Part shown: positions 19,492-28,178 of the stretch, piece after piece | Layout of the letters: the number at the start of each line of letters is the position of its first letter | Numbering within the stretch: the first letter of the stretch is position 1 | Notes under the pieces: model-generated | What the model saw: only the letters and a program-made list of their open reading frames with translations | What the model was told of the DNA's origin: nothing | The model's database searches: none | Assembly: GCA_044347345.1 (NCBI GenBank) | Contig: JBIKUX010000007.1 | Location: 1-64,000 of the forward strand | Direction: 5' to 3' | From: Bdellovibrionota bacterium | Lineage (GTDB): Bacteria; Bdellovibrionota_C; UBA2361; JBIKUX01 | DNA length: 64,000 nucleotides | Program-made: the position numbers and the translations under genes

Positions 19492-19934
19492 TGAGCCTTA
19501 GGTAGCCTATACGACGCTGCCTCTGCGAGCCCGTATCAGAGACCCTTTAGAGTCATACTCATACGATATCATCCAGGAACCATGGTCCAATTGGATGTTT
19601 GCCTTTTGCAGGTGATGGCGATGGACTCATCTGATTGGGTGTAGTCTCGCACTTTTGGTCAGCTGATGACTGAAAATCTGGATGTTGCCCGTCTCATATC
19701 GTTTCGCTGGCTCGGTACACCGTTGCGGAACGTTCGAGAGGCTTTCTCACTCCATTCTCATGCCCCAGTGCTCTTGCTTCCCCTCGATGGACCCTCTACA
19801 TTCTCACCCTGCGAACTCATAAAGAGCAGTAAGTGAGAACAAGCATTTACATCGGGCTATTCTCACTCTGTTCTCATTGAGGGAGTGTGCTTGTAGGTAG
19901 TTGAAACGAGACTGGAATCAGTTCGCACAAGCTT

Positions 19935-19986
19935 CTTAAAATCCTGGGATCGAAAGGTCGTGCGGGTTCAAGTCCCGCCCTGGGCA
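19935..19986 (+). repeat. Displaced 3' half of tRNA-Leu (attR)
   Basis: CTTAAAATCCTGGGATCGAAAGGTCGTGCGGGTTCAAGTCCCGCCCTGGGCA: anticodon loop to discriminator with all stems pairable; no 5' half. Confidence 0.85.
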
Positions 19987-20002
19987 TTAAAATCAATAAA
20001 AG

Positions 20003-20064
20003 CATCAGATAAACAGGGCCATCAGATAAACAGGGCCATCAGATAAACAGGGCCATCAGATAAA
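20003..20064. repeat. 17-bp tandem repeat, about 3.6 copies
   Basis: CATCAGATAAACAGGGC repeated head to tail just after attR. Confidence 0.95.
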
Positions 20065-20490
20065 TCTAGCGTTGTATCACTACTTGAAACGCACAAGCCC
20101 GCTATCTGAGAAACTCTATATCCGAAGAGGCGCCTAACACCGCGTGAAAATGCATTCAGCGTGAAAATACATTCGGCTTCGACGTTAAGAGAAAAGTCTC
20201 TTAAAACTTTATTTCTCACCGATTATCACTTTAGTTTACCCAAGAAAGGTAAGGATTGGCGTTCTCGCTCATGACCGCAGAGACATCATAAACTCTAACA
20301 TAACATATTCCCGTGGCTATTTCAGAGGGGCAAGCCTTGTGTAAATAAGTATTAATTGTCTTTTGTGCAATACTCACAAATTCGAGGAAGTATGTCGCAC
20401 GGCATTTCTTTTAGCCTTAACATAGACTGTACCACTGAAAATCACGGAATTTGGATAATTGAATGAATTTTATATGGATGAAAAACCAGC

Positions 20491-20958
20491 CTAATTTTGG
20501 GGCGATGATATTTCTTGTCTTATCTCTTGCATATCTTCGGCAAGCCTTGCATTCAACTCTTCCCAATTTGGGTTAAATTCATTATTTACCGCACTTTCCA
20601 AACTTCCTCCTGCTTCCGTGTAGATAGTTCGTATCTGTAAAAGCCACGGCATAACTAGCTCCTTGACCTCAATTACTAATTGGTACTCCTCTGGATTTGT
20701 TACTGCATTAAGCCAATGATCATTTTTAGTTAGTCGCAGTGTGTTTTCTGGGCTCTCTCCTTCTAACGGTTCGATATCACCATATTGAATTGCCATACGT
20801 ACTAGCCAGTTCTAAAGAGAATCATCTTTTGATTCTTCGTAGCCCGCATCGATAAGCGGTTGCAAACTGGCATTAGGTTCATAGATTACATCAAGCAAGG
20901 ATGCTGGTGATTCAGGGAGACTGCCATTATTATCAGCTGCATAAGCGCTAAGCGCCAT
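20491..20958 (-). pseudogene. Hypothetical gene interrupted by an in-frame TAG
   Basis: ATG 20958 MALSAYAADNNG...SKDDSL-TAG-NWLVR continues in frame into the 101-aa ORF. Confidence 0.45.
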
Positions 20959-21250
20959 TACTATGGATAAGTTGCAATCTCGTTAGAAAACAGTTAAGAT
21001 CTTAAATGTCAGGCGTTACAGGCAAATCAATTCTGGCTAAATCTGTTAATGATTGTGGGAGACTATTTGAGCTTACTTCACTTAGTTTTACCGTAGCTAA
21101 GATCTCCAAACAAAGCTGAAATTAGAATTAAATTTTAAGAGCACTACTTAAGTCAGAAAGGTGCTAAAATATGACGCCATAGACTATTCCTCAGACCGTA
21201 GCGAAAAAGGGGGGCTCACCAAGCCCCCTCTAGGAATTTGCTCTTAAACT

Positions 21251-22222
21251 TTGGGTTTCTTAAACTTTGGGTTTTCTGTGCCGTCACCTAGCGATAATCA
21301 ATGTCATGGCCTTACCCCCGATCAACAAAGGTTGTGCGAGGGTTGGTGCAATCAAATCGTCCAAATACTCACAAAAAAAAACCCGCAAACTGAATATTTT
21401 GATACCTTATGCAAGGATTTACGGTTAAAGAACAACCAAATTGAATTCCTTAAATCATATCTTATAAAATCGGGTAATGACTACCACCATTTAAGCTTAT
21501 CTCAAGATTCTAAATCCAACTGGCTTGTCCAGTATTATCCAAACGACTACGGCCCAGGCAACCTATATAGAGTTTTAAACGAAAATCCAAACGCATCTGA
21601 GAAAAAACGACAAACAATAAACCTCGAAGTTTCACTTAACCAATTAACTGATTTTGTATATAATCTACAATCTAATAGAGCCGAGCCAGCAATAGCTTTA
21701 TTAAATAAGCTCTCATGTGACGGTTTGGTAAGTACTACTGAAATTTTAATTGCTTACAAACAAATCCACTGTCCAAGCAAGCCTTTACGGCTAGAAAACG
21801 ATTTAAAAAGAGAGTTTAACGAACACAACTCATTATCAATTCAGTTGGATGATAAAATAGTAACATTAAGCAATATACGCACATTCAAAGGAACAAGCTG
21901 GAAACTTCCAGATACTCACAAAAGTACTGCGGTTATTACCGATAATTTTACCGACTATCCTACAATTAAAAGGTTACTAATTTCAGCTAAGGTATTTACT
22001 AATAATAAAAATTACACAAAGGCACAAATACTCAGCGCCATTAGTAATGGTCTCCCTTTAACTCAACCTAATTTTAACCCTACTGTTCAGGAAAAAGCGC
22101 TATTTAAAGCTTTTCAAGCATATGTCCAAGAGAGAAAAAATAATAAAGACTTGCTAAATAATATTTTTAAAAATATAGGTTTTAGCCCTAATAACTTAGA
22201 TTTCGATTATAATGAAAGGTAA
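21251..22222 (+). CDS. Hypothetical protein
   Basis: 323-aa AT-rich ORF; start uncertain (sits in a 16-bp tandem duplication); no motif recognised. Confidence 0.55.
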   Translation: MGFLNFGFSVPSPSDNQCHGLTPDQQRLCEGWCNQIVQILTKKNPQTEYFDTLCKDLRLKNNQIEFLKSYLIKSGNDYHHLSLSQDSKSNWLVQYYPNDYGPGNLYRVLNENPNASEKKRQTINLEVSLNQLTDFVYNLQSNRAEPAIALLNKLSCDGLVSTTEILIAYKQIHCPSKPLRLENDLKREFNEHNSLSIQLDDKIVTLSNIRTFKGTSWKLPDTHKSTAVITDNFTDYPTIKRLLISAKVFTNNKNYTKAQILSAISNGLPLTQPNFNPTVQEKALFKAFQAYVQERKNNKDLLNNIFKNIGFSPNNLDFDYNER

Positions 22223-22329
22223 CTTCATTCTACCGCAAATTTACCTTCTTTATATAAAATTTACATAAGGTTACTCTTACCTAATTTAGTAAGGTATTAC
22301 CGTTTATTTCATATTATTAGGTACAATAA

Positions 22330-23595
22330 ATGCATACCAAACGTGTAAGCATTAATCTTGTTTTTTTAGTGTTCGTTACACTTCCTATTGTAACAATTGC
22401 TCAAGATGCTTCTCTTACCAATACGCAAAATAACTGCATTCAAACCTTATCACTCGAAGAATTTAGAGCTTATGCGCTACAGAATTCGTCCTTAGTAGCG
22501 GAAATAGACCGCGATTACGCACATGAATTAGCTACAGCTTTTGAAGCTGAGACACTTGCAAATCCTGAGCTTCAAGCAGAACAAACATTTACTAACATGA
22601 ACTTAGCGGGAGCAGATGACCCTCAAACTCAAATCAGCCTGGGCCAACCAATACGCATATCGAATCTCGGCAGTAGAAGAAAAGTTGCGCAGATTATTCA
22701 AAAAGTTGGTGATATCGAGCAAAAAATAAAACTGCTAAAGCTACTCCAAAATATTACTTTTAAATACGAAAGTCTTGCTACCTATCAACAAATTGAATCA
22801 AAGATAATCGATGCTGAAACTCGCGCAACAAATAAATTATCTCTCATCAAAGAAGGAGTAAAAAAAGGGTTGCTATCTAAAGGAGATAGATATCTTTTTG
22901 AAGGAGAAAAATATCGGCTTAAAGCTCAAGCACAAAATGTAGCCTCCCTTATATCAACTTTAAGGGCAGACCTTTCAAAAGAAACCAACTTTCCTTGCCA
23001 AATAAAAGCTACCTCAATCCCAACGCTCGACCCCCTGCCCCCTGAATCAGTTTTAATCGACAAAGCTGAGAATAACCCGATCAGTGAATCAACTAAAATT
23101 AGTCTTCTAGAAAATCTGTCAGAAGCACAGCTAAAAATGGCAGAACTTGATTCCTATCCGGAATTAACGCCTCGTTTGATTTATCAACACACAAATGATG
23201 GTGGTGATTTTTTCGGCGCAGGTATAAGCGTCCAACTACCATTATTTAATCAAAATCAAGCGGCGCAAACTAGAGCTGTTGCTGAAAAAAGCCTCCAAAA
23301 AAAACGAAGAGTATTTTTCCTAAATGGAGGTCTTGGTATTTATATTAAAGCACTGCGGCAGGCCATAGTTAGTAGTGAAGAACAAGCAAACCTTTTTACA
23401 AAAAAAGTAATACCAGCATTTGAAAAAGCTTTTAAATCGCAAGAATACTTATACGCTCAAGGTAAAGGTAATGTGCTTCAGGTTTGGCAAACCTTAAAAA
23501 CACTTAATGAAGTTCAAACTCAAGGACTGCAACTTTCGCTCGAAGCTAAGGCTCGCAGAATTCAGCTATCCATGCTCATTGGAGAAGAAATTTAG
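22330..23595 (+). CDS. czcC: Heavy-metal RND outer membrane factor (CzcC/TolC family)
   Basis: Signal peptide, LANPEL, GISVQLPLFNQNQ; first gene of a CBA operon. Confidence 0.8.
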   Translation: MHTKRVSINLVFLVFVTLPIVTIAQDASLTNTQNNCIQTLSLEEFRAYALQNSSLVAEIDRDYAHELATAFEAETLANPELQAEQTFTNMNLAGADDPQTQISLGQPIRISNLGSRRKVAQIIQKVGDIEQKIKLLKLLQNITFKYESLATYQQIESKIIDAETRATNKLSLIKEGVKKGLLSKGDRYLFEGEKYRLKAQAQNVASLISTLRADLSKETNFPCQIKATSIPTLDPLPPESVLIDKAENNPISESTKISLLENLSEAQLKMAELDSYPELTPRLIYQHTNDGGDFFGAGISVQLPLFNQNQAAQTRAVAEKSLQKKRRVFFLNGGLGIYIKALRQAIVSSEEQANLFTKKVIPAFEKAFKSQEYLYAQGKGNVLQVWQTLKTLNEVQTQGLQLSLEAKARRIQLSMLIGEEI

Positions 23596-23596
23596 T

Positions 23597-24886
23597 ATGC
23601 AAGTAAAAATATATGCGAAGATAGCTTTATCACTGTTCGCTCCGTCAGCTATTTTTCTTGCGAGTTGCCATCCGTCCTACCAAGATGACCATGACGCTTA
23701 CCAAAACGGAAATATCCATTCTAAGAGTCAAATATCCAATGAAACAAATCAAGAACAACTGCGCGGCCCACACGGAGGACGCTTGTTGCATGATAGTGCT
23801 TTCTCTATTGAATTAAAAATATTTGAAACTGGCGTTCATCCACAATTTCGTCTCTACGGCTTTAGCAGTGGCGAGGCAATTTCACCGAAAGACTTTACAG
23901 CCGAGGTGACTCTGAAAAGACTTGGCGGCATTACTCAATCCTTCTCATTTTTTCCAACTAACGATTTTCTTGCATGCGAAAAAGAAGTAAACGAACCACA
24001 CTCATTTGATGTAACCGTCAAAGCCAATTACAAAGGTGTTGATTACTTATGGCAATTTGCTAGTTACGAGGGAAGAACTTCCATCTCGGATGAAGTAGCA
24101 AAGTTATCAGGTGTTAAAATTGCCCAAGCGAAAAGTAAGATAATTAGGAAAATTTACAGAGTTCAAGGTAAAATCGTACCGAGTGAACATCGTATAGCAC
24201 ATGTTATACCTCGCTTCTCTGGAGTAGTAAGGAAGAGCATGAAACATATCGGTGACAAGGTTGAAAAAGGCGAAATACTTGCCCTTATTGAGAGCAATCA
24301 AAGCCTTCAACCGTTTGAAGTGCGATCACAGATTTCAGGAACTATAATTAATGGTCATGTATTAGCGGGAGAATTTGTACCGGAAAATGAGTGGATTTAT
24401 ATCGTAGCCGACCTATCGGAAGTATGGGCTGATTTTTATGTTCCGCTAAGAGAAAAGTTTACGATAAAATCGGGAGATCCGATTATAGTTAATTCATTGA
24501 ACGGAGACAGACCAGTAAAAGGCACTATTTCTTACATCGCCCCTTATGCTGATGAAAAGTCTCAAAACCAGTTAGTTCGCGTTGTCATACCAAATACTCA
24601 AAATCTCTTTCCTCCAGGCATGTTTGTAGTAGGCGATCTAATAATTAGTGAGCTTAAGGCCGAGGTAGCTGTAAAAAATTCTGCGATTCAAACATTCAGA
24701 GATTGGCAAGTAGTATTTGTTAAATACAAAGATTTGTATGAAATAAAACCGCTAAAACTTGGGCAAACTGATGGAAATTGGACTGAAGTTGTGAGCGGAC
24801 TTGCTCTTGGTGAAGACTACGTAAGTGAAAACGCCTTTCTAATAAAAGCTGATATCTTAAAATCTGGTGCTAGTCATGATCATTAA
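23597..24886 (+). CDS. czcB: Heavy-metal RND periplasmic adaptor (CzcB-like)
   Basis: GPHGGRL, EPHSF, ADLSEVW, KADILKSGASHDH C-terminus; ATG 23597 follows the czcC stop. Confidence 0.85.
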   Translation: MQVKIYAKIALSLFAPSAIFLASCHPSYQDDHDAYQNGNIHSKSQISNETNQEQLRGPHGGRLLHDSAFSIELKIFETGVHPQFRLYGFSSGEAISPKDFTAEVTLKRLGGITQSFSFFPTNDFLACEKEVNEPHSFDVTVKANYKGVDYLWQFASYEGRTSISDEVAKLSGVKIAQAKSKIIRKIYRVQGKIVPSEHRIAHVIPRFSGVVRKSMKHIGDKVEKGEILALIESNQSLQPFEVRSQISGTIINGHVLAGEFVPENEWIYIVADLSEVWADFYVPLREKFTIKSGDPIIVNSLNGDRPVKGTISYIAPYADEKSQNQLVRVVIPNTQNLFPPGMFVVGDLIISELKAEVAVKNSAIQTFRDWQVVFVKYKDLYEIKPLKLGQTDGNWTEVVSGLALGEDYVSENAFLIKADILKSGASHDH

Positions 24887-24916
24887 GACGCCGGACTATA
24901 AAATCTTAAATCCATC

Positions 24917-27900
24917 ATGTTAGCAATTATACGAGCTTCAATTCAGTACAGATTACTCGTTCTTTGGTTAACCTTAGCCGTTGGAGTAATTGGAGGTCTT
25001 TATTACAGGAAGCTTATAATAGATGCTGTTCCCGATATTACCAACATACAAGTTCAAATAAATACAGAAGCATCGGGATATTCACCATTTGAGGTTGAAC
25101 AGCGCATAACAATGCCACTTGAATTAAATATCTCAGGCTTACCATCTCTAGATTACACTCGCTCAATATCACGATACGGCTTATCACAGATAACTGTTGT
25201 CTTTAAGGACGGAACCGATATTCATTTTGCTCGTCAGTTAGTAGCCGAAAAGCTTTTAGAGTCAAAAGGTAGTTTGCCCAACTCTATCTATCCATCACTC
25301 GGGCCAATCACCACCGGCTTAGGCGAAATTTTTATGTTCACGATTGAAAATAGCAAAGACAAGCTACTGCCTAAAAAGTCACTACAAGAATTACGAGAAG
25401 TACAAGATTGGGTCGTTAGACCACAATTACGAACAGTACCAGGGGTAGTGGAGGTAAATTCAATTGGTGGAGCTTCAAAGCAGATTACAGTTATTCCGAA
25501 TATTGAAAAACTCAAAGCGTATCAACTTTCTTTAACAGATTTGTCTGATGCAATAAGCAACAATAATAATAATGTGGGTGCCGGATTTATCGAACAATCT
25601 GGCGAACAATTTTTAATCAGAGTTCCGTCACAAGTAGAGACTTACTCTGAGTTAGAAAATATTGTCGTCTCTACCGGTAATGGTAAAGCTCCTGTTTTGG
25701 TCAAAGATATAGCTACAGTAGAAATTGGCTCTGAGCTTCGCACTGGAGCTGCAACCGAGGATGGTCGCGAAGTGGTTCTCGGAACAGTATTTATGCTCGT
25801 TGGAGAAAATGGTAGAGAAGTATCTAGCCGGGTCAAGGAAAAACTTAAGAACATAGCTAGCTCCTTACCTCAAGGAATAATTATTCGCCCGGTATATGAC
25901 AGAGCCAATCTAGTAAATGCTACTATTACTACGGTAAAGAAAAATTTAGTTGAGGGAGCTTTATTAGTTATTGCAATTCTTTTTACCTTACTCGGCAACT
26001 TTCGTGCAGCGGTAATAACCGCCTGTGTTATCCCCCTCTCGATGTTGATTACTATTTTAGGCATGGTTCAATGTAAGCTAAGTGCTAACCTTATGAGCCT
26101 AGGTGCACTGGACTTTGGCTTGATTGTGGACGGTGCAGTAATACTTGTTGAAAACTGCATCAAAAAGTTCGCAGAAGCACAAAACAGACTTAGTAGAGAG
26201 CTCAGTAAAGATGAACGACTAAATCTGGTGTACGAGGCCTCATCAGAGGTTCGCCAAGCGTCTATGTTTGGTGAACTCATTATCATGATCGTCTATATTC
26301 CGATTCTTGCTCTATCAGGAATTGAGGGGAAGATGTTTCGTCCGATGGCTCTTACGGCGCTTTTAGCACTAGGTGGAGCGTTTGTTTTATCCATAACCTT
26401 TGTTCCAGCTGCAGTATCTATATTTATCACGGGGGAAGTTAAGGAGAGCACCACTTTTATATCGAAAATTCAATTATACTATCGCCACCTTTTGATAAAA
26501 CTGCTCAAAATACCAACTTTTTTACTATTGTGCGCTTTAGCTTTTATATTAAGCGCTTTTCTGCTTTTTAATCGCCTTGGCATGGAATTCATGCCCTCCT
26601 TGGATGAAGGTGACATAGCTATTCACGCTCTTCGAATACCTGGAACTTCCCTAACGCAAGCAATAGAGATGCAGCATCAATTAGAGAATGTAATCAAAAC
26701 CGTGCCTGAAGTGAGCCATGTATTTGCAAAAATCGGTACAGCAGATATTGCTACTGACCCAATGCCGCCAAGTGTTGCGGATGGTTTTGTTATGCTTAAA
26801 CCTAGGTCAGCATGGGCTAATCCCAATAAATCAAAGCAAGCCTTAGTTTCTGATATTGAAAAGCTCGTATTGGCAGTACCCGGCAATAATTATGAATTTA
26901 CTCAGCCGATTCAAATGAGATTCAATGAATTAATTGCTGGAGTAAGAAGTGATGTAGCCGTTAAAGTTTACGGAGATGACATAGCCATACTACTGGAGCA
27001 AGGTGAAAAAATTCAAAAAATCTTAAGCAGTATCCCCGGTGCGGCCGATACCAAAGTTGAGCAAATAACCGGGCTACCAATGATAGTAATTGAGCCTGAG
27101 CGCGATAAGGTCTCTCGGCTTGGGCTTACTACGGGGGATGTTCAAGACATCATTAAAACAGCTTACGCTGGAGAAGTTGTAAGTAGGCACTATGAGGGAG
27201 ACAGAAATTTCCCCATCGTTATTAGATTAGGTGAAAGCGATAGGAAAAATATCGATACTTTATCCAAATTACCGATAGCTCTGCCCACTCTCGATAAAAA
27301 TCACGATGAGGAACCTAATGAAAAGCTTTCTAATATTCAAGCTAAATCTAGTAACAGGCTATATGTCTCTTTAAGCGATATAGCTAGTATCTCTATAACT
27401 CAAGGGCCTAATCAAATTTCACGAGAAAATGGAAAGAGAAGAGTAGTAGTTACTACTAATGTACGAAATAGAGATTTAGGATCATTTGTCAGTGAAGCAC
27501 AGAACAAAATTGCACTTTATCATAATGTCCCTCCCAACTATTGGCTTGGATGGGGTGGACAATATGAAAACCTGATATCAGCGAAAGAGAGGCTTACTTT
27601 TTTAGTTCCAGCCGTTCTGTTTTGTATCTTCGGCCTAATACTTTTTACCTTTCAGTCTCTTCGGTATACCCTGCTTGTTTTTACTGGAATTCCTTTTGCC
27701 CTTTCAGGAGGTGTAATAGCTTTATGGTTAAGAGAAATACCTTTCTCAATCTCAGCAGCAGTGGGCTTTATAGCACTCTCGGGAGTGTCAGTATTAAACT
27801 GCTTGGTTTTGGTGAGCTTCATTGAAAATCTTCTTGCTGATGGCAGAGATATCGCCGCCGGCATAATTGACGGAACTGTGGCCAGACTGAGGCCAGTACT

Positions 27901-28099
27901 TATGACCGCACTTGTTGCTTCACTTGGTCTTTTACCGATGGCTTTCTCTCAGGGAACAGGATCAGAAGTACAGCGCCCACTAGCAACGGTTATAATTGGA
28001 GGGGTTATTTCGTCAACGATTTTAACACTTCTTATTTTACCTGCTCTTATTTACATCTCAGAAAGCTTAAGTAAAAGGTCGTCAAAGTTGCTTAAATAA
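24917..28099 (+). CDS. czcA: CzcA/CusA-family heavy-metal efflux RND permease
   Basis: IDAVPDITNIQVQINT, ANLMSLGALDFGLIVDGAV, DPMPP, RLRPVLMTA, EVQRPLATV. Confidence 0.95.
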   Translation: MLAIIRASIQYRLLVLWLTLAVGVIGGLYYRKLIIDAVPDITNIQVQINTEASGYSPFEVEQRITMPLELNISGLPSLDYTRSISRYGLSQITVVFKDGTDIHFARQLVAEKLLESKGSLPNSIYPSLGPITTGLGEIFMFTIENSKDKLLPKKSLQELREVQDWVVRPQLRTVPGVVEVNSIGGASKQITVIPNIEKLKAYQLSLTDLSDAISNNNNNVGAGFIEQSGEQFLIRVPSQVETYSELENIVVSTGNGKAPVLVKDIATVEIGSELRTGAATEDGREVVLGTVFMLVGENGREVSSRVKEKLKNIASSLPQGIIIRPVYDRANLVNATITTVKKNLVEGALLVIAILFTLLGNFRAAVITACVIPLSMLITILGMVQCKLSANLMSLGALDFGLIVDGAVILVENCIKKFAEAQNRLSRELSKDERLNLVYEASSEVRQASMFGELIIMIVYIPILALSGIEGKMFRPMALTALLALGGAFVLSITFVPAAVSIFITGEVKESTTFISKIQLYYRHLLIKLLKIPTFLLLCALAFILSAFLLFNRLGMEFMPSLDEGDIAIHALRIPGTSLTQAIEMQHQLENVIKTVPEVSHVFAKIGTADIATDPMPPSVADGFVMLKPRSAWANPNKSKQALVSDIEKLVLAVPGNNYEFTQPIQMRFNELIAGVRSDVAVKVYGDDIAILLEQGEKIQKILSSIPGAADTKVEQITGLPMIVIEPERDKVSRLGLTTGDVQDIIKTAYAGEVVSRHYEGDRNFPIVIRLGESDRKNIDTLSKLPIALPTLDKNHDEEPNEKLSNIQAKSSNRLYVSLSDIASISITQGPNQISRENGKRRVVVTTNVRNRDLGSFVSEAQNKIALYHNVPPNYWLGWGGQYENLISAKERLTFLVPAVLFCIFGLILFTFQSLRYTLLVFTGIPFALSGGVIALWLREIPFSISAAVGFIALSGVSVLNCLVLVSFIENLLADGRDIAAGIIDGTVARLRPVLMTALVASLGLLPMAFSQGTGSEVQRPLATVIIGGVISSTILTLLILPALIYISESLSKRSSKLLK

Positions 28100-28178
28100 T
28101 CCTTTGGTAGTGTTCTTTTTATGATATAAGATATAAGGGAAATCTTATATTTTTACCAAATAGTTTAAGTTTTACAGA

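Larger units (their letters stand above)
18581..19934. mobile_element. Residual genomic islet integrated in tRNA-Leu; no intact integrase
   Basis: Lies between the intact tRNA and a displaced tRNA 3' half; IHF-consensus sites next to the tRNA; more GC-rich cargo gene. Confidence 0.75.

Noticed and set aside
20003..20064. Possible CRISPR array
   Set aside because: Units are head to tail with no spacers, and no cas genes are in the window.
21204..21230. GC hairpin with minus-strand T tail (terminator-like)
   Set aside because: No minus-strand gene ends just upstream of it, so function is unsupported.
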